The notes under the pieces were generated by a model. The model saw nothing but the letters and a program-made list of their open reading frames with translations, did not search any database and was not told the DNA's origin. The position numbers and the translations under genes are program-made. Below, one piece after another: positions 1 to 12,198 of a stretch of 64,000 bases of DNA (position 1 is the first letter of the stretch; every line of letters starts with the position of its first letter). Where the stretch lies: NCBI GenBank assembly GCA_000165425.1, contig CT868671.1, forward strand, positions 1 through 64,000, given 5' to 3'. The DNA comes from Paramecium tetraurelia. Its lineage: Eukaryota.

Positions 1-1140
1 AAGAATTAAATATCCTGTCTTAAAATTCCATAAACGGATAGAGTTATCATAACTACCAGATGCTAATGTAGTACCATCAGGAGAGAAATTGACTGAATAA
101 ACTGTATTAGAATGACCATCTAATTTGGCTTTTTATTATCCTGTCTTAACATCCCATAAACGGATAGAGTTATCTCCACTACCAGATGCTAATGTAGTAC
201 CATCAGGAGAGAAATTGACTGATAGAATTCCATATTCATGACCATCTAATTTGGCTTTTTATTATCCAGTCTTAACATCCCATAAACGGATAGAGTTATC
301 TTCACTACCAGATGCTAATGTAGTACCATCAGGAGAGAAATTGACTGAATTAATAAAACTAGAATGACCATCTAATTTGGCTTTTTATTATCCTGTCTTA
401 ACATCCCATAAACGGATAGAGTTATCTCCACTACCAGATGCTAATGTAGTACCATCAGGAGAGAAATGGACTGATAGAATTCCATATTCATGACCATCTA
501 ATTTGGCTTTTTATTATCTTTTCTTAACATCCCATAAACTTATACACTTATCATCACTACCATATTCTAATTTATTACCATCATTATATAAATTAACTTA
601 TATAATTCCATAATAATTACCATCTATTATTTTCTTTTATTTCCCTTTCTTCACATCCCCTAAACTTATTTACTTATCTTTACTACCATACTCTAATTTT
701 TTACCATCATCATATAAATTTATTTAATAAATATAACTTTAATAACAATCAAATCTCCCTTTTTATTATCCTTTCTAAAATTCCCATAAATCCATATACA
801 TATCCTCACTACCATATTCTAATATATTACCATCATCTGAGAAATTGACAGAATACACATAACCTGAATGACCATCTAATTTCGCTTTTTATTTTCCTGT
901 CTTCACATCCCATAAACGAATAGACTTATCTTGACTACCAGATGCTAATGTAGTACCATCAGGAGAGAAATTGATTGATAGAATTCCATCTGAATGACCA
1001 TCTAATTTGGCTTTTTATTTTCCTGTCTTAGCATCCCATAAACGAATAGAGTTATCCCTACTACCAGATGCTAATGTCGTACCATCAGAAGAGAAGCCAA
1101 CCGTTTCAACAGATGCTTAATGACCATAAAATGAATATAA
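1..1140 (-). repeat. Tandem 126-nt (42-aa) WD40 repeat array, about 9 units in the window
   Basis: The cccataaac (Trp-codon) landmark recurs at ~27, 153, 279, 405, 531, 657, 783, 909 and 1035, an exact 126-nt period. The units at ~127-252 and ~379-504 are nearly identical. Confidence 0.95.
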
Positions 1141-4100
1141 ATCATTAATTATCAGATTATACCATTTGCAGTTAAACATTTATGCTCCATTTAGATTAAT
1201 TTCATTTATATTCACATCAGTAAATTCTGATCGGCTTAAATTGCATTTAGCAAAATTACCTCCTTCTATGGAAGTGTTTTTGATCCTAATTTTCTCAAAA
1301 TTAAGATTTGTTAGATCAACTTACATCTCAACTAATATATTAAGTGAGTTTGAACCCCCCTATATAAAACTTTTATCAACCGCTGTTAAATACACCAGAA
1401 ATTTCAAAAACTCTATTATCAATCTTTCTTTATTTATTTTTTAGTTCAAGTACTTTCTAGTCTCAGCATATGTAGAAGTTGAATAATTTTCTAAAAAAAA
1501 TTCATGTTTTTTTAAAGTTCTCAAAAGATTCAAAGTTAATTATATTTTTGTTTTAAATACATCTACTTTAATTAGGTTCTCTTAATTAATTTAATTTGAT
1601 AAATATTCTATACAATTTTTATCATAATTGTTCTCTTTTGATAACTATTCTAACATCCAGTTGAATATCTGCTCATTAAAGTCTTTGGATAACACTAATA
1701 TATCATATATATCAGCTGCTATATAGAACTCTTAAATTGATTTATGGGCAAATTAAAAGTTAGTTCCTTTTTATTTGATTAGCGAACAACTCCTTAAATC
1801 CTTTTAATAGGAACCAAATTAACGATCATCATCGTTAAAAAATTCATTTTACCACTTCTCCTCTTCTCTTTCTTCTTAATAAAGAAATCCATATTATTAA
1901 AATTCAACTTATGTCATTTATTTTCTGCTCATTACTTTTGCAAGATTTGTTGAATACTTTTTTAAGTCATGTAAAAACCGATCAATATGTATTGATTTTC
2001 CCATATTTCTCTGCTTTTCTATTTATTGATAATGATATTAATTAATAAACTCATTATAAAAGTCATAATTTGAAAGATTGAGTTCATATAATGCTTTAGA
2101 AACAACTTCAATTATTCTATCTTTCTGAATGTAAATTTTTGCAAATGCATTATTGAATAGTTCAAAGTTGTGTTCAAATAAATTGAAGAGTATTTTGTTA
2201 AGATCATTTAATTCTTGGTGGCTGAAAAATTGGATAGCAATTGAATTTTCTTCCATTTTATTCCAAACTCCAAGAGCAATTTCAAAGTAGTTAATTTTCT
2301 CTAAGTTTTCCACATCAGTTGAAGTAACCTCTGATTCTGTTTCATACTGTGCTAAATGCTATTTCTATTGCCAATTATACAATCGAATCAGGTAGTTACT
2401 TTTGTAAAACTCATGAAGCATATTTGGAAAATTTTTTAGAAAATTTAATCTCAAATTAATTATCTCAGAAGCTTTTACCATCATTTTTGGTAACACTTAT
2501 ACTATAATTTCCATCATATATGGGGTTTCTACCAATCTATGTAAATTTATGTGTTTCATCATCTTTTCATACTTTTCAACACTCCATAATTTTTATAATT
2601 TTACGCTTAGACTTCTTAAAGCTTCATTACTTTTGAAACTAAAGAAATAATTATTCTTCAAAAATGATAAAATATTCTCTATTTATTTTTAATTCAAAAG
2701 GGCTTCACCATTGAAATTTGTTACCTCTAAATTCAGACATTATTCTTACAATTCTTCCCAACTAATTTCAAAATTATTGATATCCAACACTCCTCGATTT
2801 AAAATTTATGTCTACCATTCATATATTTCGAAAATCAACATTTTAACACTCTAAATTGTGAATTTTTTTAAATATTCCATTGTTTAATCAGGATTAAATT
2901 TTTGAAGTTGAATCTCCTTTATATTTTCTTTATTATCAGGTGCAAACCAAAAGGCATAATTACTACTTGTAAAAATTTCACTCCTTGTGGTAAAAATAAC
3001 AAGTGGGTCAAACCAATTCTATTTGAGTTTATTATTTATGTATAAATTTTTCTAAATCATCTCTAGTCTCATCTCATCATAACTATCCATTATCAATAAC
3101 AATCTGAATTCTTTCCCTTCTAAAATCTCTTTACATTCTTTTAATTAAAGTTCGTCAAAGCCATACTCATCTTGATGAAGTGCTTCCTCTACTGCTTAAA
3201 AAACTGGGTTTTTTAATGAGGGTAAGGAGATATAAACAGGTATAAGCACTTGATTTCTAATTTTTTTATTATTGTCATGTAATTTCCAAATAAATTCTTC
3301 TATTTTCTTAGCTGTCGTACTTTTGCCAGATCCAGCTACCCCATGAATTAATAGCACTGTTTCTTTCTCTTCTAATAAAAACTCATTCACTTCTCCTTCT
3401 GTATCATTAATTTATTCTAAATTTATTAAAATACTTAATTTTATCATCTTTCTTTTCCCCTATGATTGCTTTATGATATATCTCTTTGGTTTATAATGGT
3501 ACGTAAATGGATTTAATGTTCTTATATGCAGCGTCTTTTAATACTTTCCATTTTCTAATTTCAAATAATTATTCAACAGATTTTCCTCTCAAGAATTTAA
3601 TATCATTACCTATGCTTTTGAGTTGCTCCTTCATTTCATTAATTTTACCCTCAACTCTTATCAAACCCTTTCTGATATGATTCACAAAATCAGTTATCAG
3701 ATTCAGCTATTAACCCATTTCGCTAATATTTTCAATTTACTAATCTATTTTCTCTGTTGTTTCATCAAGTTCTTTCAAATCTAGATCTCTTTTTTTGAGA
3801 TTGGCCTCATGAGAAATTTATTCTTATAATTCATCAATTCTGCTCAACATTTCCTACATTTTTTTGGCAATTCTTTCAATTTAAGTAGACCAATCTTTTT
3901 ACATAATTTACATTTATAAGCTTATTAAGTGTTTATGTTTTAAAATATTTCTAACTCTCAAATCTTTTTCTTGAATCCACATTTTTATTAGAACTTTCTA
4001 ACAAAAAGAAGTAACATTATCTGAATAACTATTAGAAGAAATTTAAATTATAGTAAACACCAAACCCTATTTAATTTTCCATTAATCATTATTTATAAAA

Positions 4101-7100
4101 TCTTGGTATTTTTGAATTAAATTATCCTCTAATCCAAATTATTGATTTGATTCTTCATCAGCTTCCACTTCTTCTAAGTCCTCTAAATAAATTTTTTTTA
4201 TTTATTTAATAAGAAAATCTTATTTAATTGGGCTGTTAGCAAAACACCTTTGTGAGACAACTTTTTCATAGACATAAATCTCTAATTAATTGAGAAAATC
4301 AGGGATATTTATATATGTTTGAATAATCTCTTTATCTTTTATTCTTTTAAATAACTCAGTTTCTATTCTGTCCAAATACAAATGAAAACTTTCATCTTCC
4401 TTCTAATATAAATTTACGTCTGTCAATTATAATAGCTCAAACTTCTAAATAAATTCTTAAATATAACATTAAAATCTTTATTGGAATTTAATTTAAATTT
4501 CTATTTTATACTTTTCAATTTAGTCAAGCTTTACAGAGAAAAGCACAAATTCTTCAAGTAATTTCTATAATAGCTCCATCTCTTCTTGGAGTTTTAATTT
4601 TTTTAACTTTATTATCTTAATCATGAAGGATAAGTAAGTTCTATAGTTATTGTCGCTGCGAAAGTTAAATTTCTTTCCATTTTATTTAAGTTCACATATT
4701 TTGTCATTTTCACTTTGTCCTTCTAATTATGAATTTAATTAAAATTGGTCAGTAAGATTACTGTTTTTATTTAAGACTCCCTCCTGTCTTAATTATTCTT
4801 CAGATACCTATACTTGCAATTCCTTCAAAGTTATTTTGTTTTGACTTATCATGATTTTTAAATTCATCAGTTCTTCATTAATTAACATTTTACCAATTTC
4901 TTTGTCTGTTTATCCAAAAGTTTCAATTGTTTTAATCACAGTTTCTATTTGCATGACTATCGAATTCCAATTCTCAATCAATTAACATTTACCTAAATCT
5001 TCTATTTTTATTAATTATTACAAAAAATTACTATATTTTTCTTTTTCCAATCTCAAATCTAATAAATTAAATTTTACTTCCCTCACATTTTTTAATGATT
5101 CATCAACTTAAAGATCCTCAAAAATTTTCTTAATTTTTTCTGTAGAAAATTAGGATGGAATTTCCTTGATGAATTATTCTCCAAATTCCTTTTCAATCAA
5201 CTCTAAATCTTTACTTTCTGAGTCAAACATTTTTGCCTTTATGCTGTATTTAAATATAAGATATTTTATAATTCCTTTTTACTTTGATAACCTATTTGCA
5301 AAGTCTTCTTCTTTAATATTAATATTTTGTAGTTCAGAGAGAAATAATGTATCAAACTTAGTGTTTTCTCTCATAATTCTCTTTGGAAAATCTTAAATTA
5401 AATTTAGCAAAAATTAATCAAGATGTATAACTTCTAACAACTTTCTTAATTCGTCTAATTTAGCTTTTTCTAAAATTATTGAAAAAGATTTCCTTGAATT
5501 AACCAATTTTAATTTTAGCCTCATATTGCTGCACCTTAAGTTGTCTAGAAATTTAAGCAAATGCATGTCATCAAGAGCTTTTTTAATTTTTTTAAGATCG
5601 AAAATTTAGGGCACTGTCTCAATTTAATACATGATGATCATAATTTCCTTCAGACATAAATTGAACTCCAATTAATTTTATGAAAGTTCACTGCTCACAT
5701 TTTCATAATATAAATAAAGATTATTTACTAAACTCTAAAAATATTATAATAAGTTGTTTTGGATCTATTTTATTTCTAATTTGTAAATATCCTTCTATAA
5801 AATTTCTATTAACTTTTCAACATGTACTAGAATTTAGTTTCTCGATTGTTGAGTTGCTGATGCATCGAGAAATGGTAATTTATATTCTTTCAAATCAATT
5901 GTTGTTAATTCTTCCGAAATTAAACATATCCACTCCTAAATAACACCATTATCATCAGTAAATTTTTTGTTTTAAGGATTTCTTTAATTTAAAATGATAT
6001 ATAATTATAATACCTCCTATAGTCTAAATAGGTTTTTCAGTTTCTAAATATCTTTATGTTCATTTCTATTTTTCGATACACTCTAATTAAGCCTCATAAT
6101 TTTAATTATAGTCTATGTGTTTTAGAAATAGTCTTATAATTTATGTATAATTCTTTTTATTTATTATTTGGAAACTTATAATGTTACACTCTCATTATAT
6201 TACTTATCATTCCTTATATTTCTACACATTTTTATTACTTCTTCCAATTTCTCATCATTTTGTTTAATTAATGTTAATAACTAATTGGATATTAGAAAAC
6301 CTAAAAAACTTTAGATATTATTAATTGCCAATATATCCTCATTTCTTTGAAATTCTTCCCCAATCTCTAATTTACATTTTAAATATGATCCAAGAGAAAA
6401 AGGGAAATTTTGCTATTATTCATTCATGAGAACATCTTTAAGTAGTAAGAAAATTTCCCATTCCTTGAAACAAGATTCAAATATTGTTGTGTCAATTTAA
6501 CTTAATTAATTATCTTAAAGTTTATTTAATTGGATGATTGCTTAATCATTACTATAATTCATTTAAATTATTAAGCCTTTTCTATGATAATCCTTCCAAA
6601 TTTAATCTGATTTTAATCCGAAATTAAAATCATTTATTAGTTGTGATAATTTTTTTTTGGTTAATATAGGATTGTATAATATGATTTTCCCAATCATTTA
6701 CACCCAAAGATAATGAAATTTCCATACATTTGAATTTTTCACAATTTTAGAATGTATTTCTTCTACTTGACAAATTATTTAGTCTAAGGTTTACCACTTT
6801 TCATTCTTAAAATAATTTATTATCTCCCACTACAACATATCTATTTAAAAATAAACCTCAAATTAATTTCTATTGTTATTTACAACATACAATTTGTAAA
6901 GATGACAGACTCCCTGAAACAATGATTCTAGCAATTCTTCATTTGGCTTCATTTAAATTATCGAACCAATTATACCACTTAAACATCCTTTTAAAATTTC
7001 TTCCCTTTCATTACTATTGTTTGGTGCCATTTCGAAAGAAGTTTTCGTTAAGAAAAGGTAGAGTTCCATTTAATTTTGAATCAAATCATTCTTCTCTATT

Positions 7101-7597
7101 TCCATATGTTATCTTAGTTCATCAGAGATATCCAAAAATTCCTTTTATAAATCATATTTCATAAATCTCTCCCCATTTAGTAAATGGAAGCTAAAAATTA
7201 CTTTTGACAGAGATGCCGTTGTCTATAAGATATATAAACACTTAAACGAATCTGTTTTGATATAGAACAAACAGCTTTTCAATAATCTTCTAACTCCCTC
7301 CAAAATTAAATCGTATGATTTCACTACACCTTAAGCATTCTTATTGAGTTTGTAAATGCTTTCTTCTTAAAAAATAAACCATTATAAAGCTATCATTATT
7401 TCTTAAGATTCTAACTAATCAGCTGCAACAATAGCCTTGGTGCAGATTTTCTCAACATAAAAATTGAATTTGTTAAAAAAATTATAAAGTTCTTGATTAT
7501 CTGACTTTAAAAAACTTGTTTCCAGAGGGCTTGTTTTCCAAGATCCGCAACCGCCTCCCCTCAAAATGAATTCTGTTTAAGACGTTTGAGATAACAT
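1..7597 (-). CDS. NLR-like NWD protein: long helical/ARM-like N-terminal region, NACHT NTPase, pentapeptide repeats, WD40 tandem array (3' end runs off the window; one frameshift near 3440)
   Basis: Code-6 translation from ATG 7597 ([23 protein letters not shown]...) is open to TGA at 3404-3406. A second frame is open from about 3447 to base 1, with Walker [11 protein letters not shown] (~3320-3345), Walker [12 protein letters not shown] (~3075-3105), pentapeptide-like [31 protein letters not shown] (~1220-1320) and WD40 units GH...[27 protein letters not shown]. Confidence 0.9.
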
Positions 7598-8247
7598 TTA
7601 TCAAGTTTTAAATATATAAATTCACGCTTGTCTCAATGCCTATATAAACACAAAAAATAATTTAAGCATAAAATAATAAAACGGAAATGTCGGAAATTAA
7701 ATTGCCAATTCATCCTCCCTTTCAATAATATCTTCCTTTGTAAATAGGGTATATATCTTCTATAGAGGATGTTTCTCATTTTGCTTGTTTTTTTTTGAAT
7801 TAATCCTGAAATTGGACTAATTTTGTAGGAGATCATAATTATATGAAATTTTATCACTTGATTTATCATTCACACTGTTCTAATAATCTTTTGTATTACT
7901 ACAGTAGAATAGCTGTTATGATAATATAATTATAATTAATTCAAGAGCCGATTAAATTTATCAAGTCTTAATTAAGAAGAAGGGAATATAGAAAATAAAA
8001 AGATCACAAGATATAAAAGAAATGACCCAATTAAAAGCATTATTCAATGAAATGAAAATAAATAATTACAAATTGAAGTGATTTTCAATAATAAAGATTG
8101 GTTTTGAAAATGATATTATATTTCTAGCGTTTAAGTCGAAGAGTTCTTAAAATGCATTGTACCTTATCTCACCTTTTATTTCTCATTAAGAAAAGTAGCT
8201 AAGTATCAAATAGATATGTTCTCTCTTTCAATTTTTATTTGATTAAA

Positions 8248-10580
8248 ATGAAATTGAGTTCTCAGAATAATCTATTGGTTCAGGGTTAGGAAAGGAGAAT
8301 GATTTAAGAATTTTTCTAAATGGTGTACCAATAACATTAGAAACTTAACTTGGATGCTTGTAAAATCCAATAATTAAGAGCTGGATTTTTGAATGATGAC
8401 CCTCAAATATTAATAGGATGCAAACATAATTCATTATGACATTTTTAGGAAGAGATAGACATACATAATCAAGTGTCCTGATAATGAAGTAGTCTAAGCA
8501 TTGAGTTTACATGTTCACTCATGGATTAAATTTTATAATTACATAAATATCATAATAAAAAATAAATACTTTAGAATTCATCAACGATTTTGAATTTTTT
8601 CTTAATTGGGCCATAATTATTTACTTAGTACTATAATATCAAGCAGACATTGGTGATTTTGAAAAATAGAATAATTTGATAAAGTTTTTGAGTTATGATA
8701 GTACGAGTTTTTATAAATCTGAAAAGAAATATGATATTGTGGCTACGAGCAAAAACAGTCTCATTTTGAAAGGAGGAGAATTCAAACCGCAAACTCAATT
8801 AAAAAAATCAAATCATTTACCATGGAATCATCATAACATCATTTATACAATACCTATAGACTTGACAGGATCTCAAACTAAACAAATCTCATAATAGCTT
8901 TGATCCTCAAAAATAATGCATGAAGAGGGATGATCCTATCAAGTAAGTTCTTGTCAAGCGAGATTATTTCGCTGAAGTATCGAATGCATGACTATTAGCG
9001 AAACGAAAAGACACAAAAAATCTCATTAATTGAAATTCAAGATTCAGTAGCTGATACTCAATATAATTTCAATCCAGGAAAGAAAAAGAGCATTTATCTG
9101 TTTCCGTATCAATGTCGATCACAAGGTAAATCTCAAACAAAAAACTGGTCTTTGTGCAAGAAGAACTTCAAATATGACTGAAGGGGTCATTCTGTAGATG
9201 AATTTGATGAGCATCATTTAAATGCCTTTGAATATAATAATTGATTTTGGCTGTTAGATTTAAGTTCAACTAGAAAAAGTTGAACATAAAGATATTAAAT
9301 GCAAATGTATTTATGAAGAATCTATTTTTTTTCCTAAATGCAAACTTGGCTAGTAATTCATGTAAGAATTAGAAAACTATTCAGTTGTACATGAATCCAT
9401 GTTAATATGCCTTGCTACTATAAAAACAATTTGAAATACTAAACCTATAATCTTGAAGGTTAGGGCATTAAAACAAATTGACTTGAATTAAAAAGATGAA
9501 GTTTCCATTTTTAAATTAAAAACAATACACAAGACAAAAGCTGTAGTTGAGGCACGCTTTGTCTTTAAAGTGATAAATTCAATTTGTAGATATAATCCTC
9601 ATATTTCTGCTTCGATATTGTATTAAAAGCAAATTGTATGACAAAAATCGTTGATTGATTTAGTTAAAGAAGGAGCTTATTATCTAGTTAGATAATTCCT
9701 CTTTGAGAGAAATTTGTCATAAGAACAAAAGAAAAGTCAAAAGATAGACTAAATACACTATAAGTTACCAATTTTTTAATAGCCTTCAACATATTTGTTA
9801 CTTAAAGGTTGAGCTCTGCTCCAAGGAAAAGTAATTTGATCCTAGTGTTTGGCAAATCTAATTGCAATAAATTTACCACTCTCCGTAGCAAAGTTGTCAT
9901 AAAATAAATTAATTTATTCTAAATCTTGTGCAAGTTTCAACTAAAGAACATTTTGAACAATTAATAAAACTTTTAGCAACTAGTACACTCAGCTGCTGAT
10001 TAACAAAAATACAGGGTTAGGCAAATTACTTCCAAATAGTGGAAGACCAATGTCTAAGTATTCATTTATTAATCAATTCTTAATTCACAAGCGATAGCTG
10101 CTAGTAAATTTTAGCTGTTTTACTCATTGTGGTAAGAGAATATAATCATTTCTTATGAAGAACATTAAAGAAACACCAAAGAGGACACTATAAAGTTTAC
10201 AATGTCCATTATCAATATGATAACCAGCGAAATTAGATATACAATTAAAGGCGTAATAAATATTAAGCGGTAAAAGGGAATAACTAACCCAACTCTGAGT
10301 AGTTAGCTATGCTAAGATACTTATACACTGTGTATGAAGTTCATTATTCATGAGAAGAACTTATGATACATTTGCACTGCTGTTATTAGAACTATCAGAT
10401 AAGTATAGCTTAAAAGTTAAACAACTTAAGGTGTAAACTAAACTTTTTTATTAATGGTATTCAGACGGAATGCCTTAGAAGTCCAAAATAAGGGATGTTT
10501 CCTAAATAAGAAGGCCTCGCCAACATTATAGAGCCTAAATATATTTTCAATAATATTAATTAATATTTTAAAATTGAATA
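8248..10580 (+). pseudogene. Degenerate gene-like sequence of unknown family
   Basis: Coding-like composition starting at ATG 8248, with open stretches of a few hundred nt broken by TGA and frame changes. No recognisable motif. Confidence 0.3.
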
Positions 10581-10779
10581 CTTTATCAATCATTTTCCAT
10601 CTTCTTTATTACTATAATTTTAGCATAATCAAAACATATAAAAATTGTAGTTTGTGTAAGCAGTGGAGGTCCAGACAGTGATTTTTGAGATGATCTTGAT
10701 AATCATAACAATACATATTAATATATTTTTATGATTATTAAAGTTTTGAAAGCAATCTTTTACTTCAGATAATACAGTA

Positions 10780-11660
10780 ATTGACTTAAAACTTTACCCT
10801 TCACTATAAGGATTTTTTCTTGATCAAGTTAAATATTGAAGGCACATGTAGCTGATTATTGAGCTCATCGCAAGTTGTGTGAGTGAGTTCCTTAACTGGT
10901 TCATATGACAAAAGAATTAATAGATGGTACAATAAGTAGCATCATCTGATACCAAGCAAAACAATACTAAAAATTTGGCTGAAATAAATGATTTTATAAA
11001 AAGAGTTTGATTCAAATCGTATTGATAATCTCTGCGCAGGGCTTGATAATAGAAACAAATAACATACATCAACCAGCATTCACGCTAACTCTATACAAAT
11101 ATTAACATAAATTATAAGCATCTTTAACGCTGATGTCTTAAATGTTGCAAAGCAGTCTTCAAAGTAAGCTTAACATACATTCAGCCAAATGATTGTATTG
11201 AACACTCATTTTGAGCATATATATAATATAGATGTAGGAGGTGCCATCATGACATGCTATAAATTCATGTAAACATTTTCGAACAACAGTACATTTAACC
11301 CACCCGCTAGAATCAGAAGTGGTTAAATGAAATAATAAATCATAATCACAAGTTGGATGCAAACCAAGGCTGATAAAATCATAAATATTTTTCCCATGCT
11401 GTTCGGTCTGCCTAATACATGCTTTTATATTTTATATGTAATAGTTGCCTCTTTATTAAATTTAGACTCTGCTACAGCAAGTGAAATGTTGTACACTTAA
11501 GAAAAGTTAGAGGGGATAGTTGTAAAGAATGATAAAAGATTTTTGAACATTTCTAACTTTTAAAATCAATGTACAACAATTTATAAAGCAAAGCATCCCC
11601 TTAGCTAAAGTTTTTTTCAATCATTTGTTCCATTACAAGCTTGTTTAATATTGAGATAAT
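10780..11660 (-). pseudogene. Decayed Cys-rich surface-antigen-like fragment
   Basis: Scattered remnants such as ACNGTND, HPTC, GWVKCT, ACHDG, DCFATF, FCLVSDDATYCTI and THTTCDEL lie in different frames with TGA interruptions. Confidence 0.35.
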
Positions 11661-12198
11661 AATTCTAGAAATAAATAAAAAAAATTAATTATAAGAGTTT
11701 AAGAATGATTTAAAAATAATTGTAGCCTAAATTACATATTGTCCATTTATTAGAGCTTTAAGCTTCAGAATAATAAGTAGGTAGAGTAGTTGCAACCAAG
11801 CTCCAATTTGTGTTTAGTTCCATAATTATTATAATGGCTACGCTTTGAATAATTTTTATTGAATTAAGAATTAATATTCAACTCTAAAGTATAATTATAA
11901 TGATAATGCTATGAAATAAATAAATTATTTCTTATTATTATTTGAAAATAATTAATATACTATAATTCAGAATCTGTCATTTTTTTTAAAAAAATAACCT
12001 ATATTCAATTGAGCAAAATACAGCACATCATTATTAAAAAAATTTTTGAGAATGATCCTATTATGAGTAATTAAGTCAAAAATGAAAGAAGTCATTTCTT
12101 TTTTAAATTGTACTTTATTTGATTTATGGCTTTACAATATTTTTCAATGAGATACCTTACAAAGTTTCAAAAAATTAATTAACCAGTAATTTAGATCA

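Noticed and set aside
1..1140. Regular direct repeats suggesting a CRISPR array
   Set aside because: The units are 126-nt in-frame coding WD40 repeats with no unique spacers, in a eukaryotic genome.
3455..3482. TA-bounded 16-nt segment whose removal would repair the NWD frameshift (retained IES)
   Set aside because: It is shorter than the ~26-nt minimum Paramecium IES size and matches the end consensus poorly.
8755..8790. LILKGGEF resembling a second LRGG-type motif
   Set aside because: It lies in a degenerate region, has no following Gly-Cys, and is easily a chance match.
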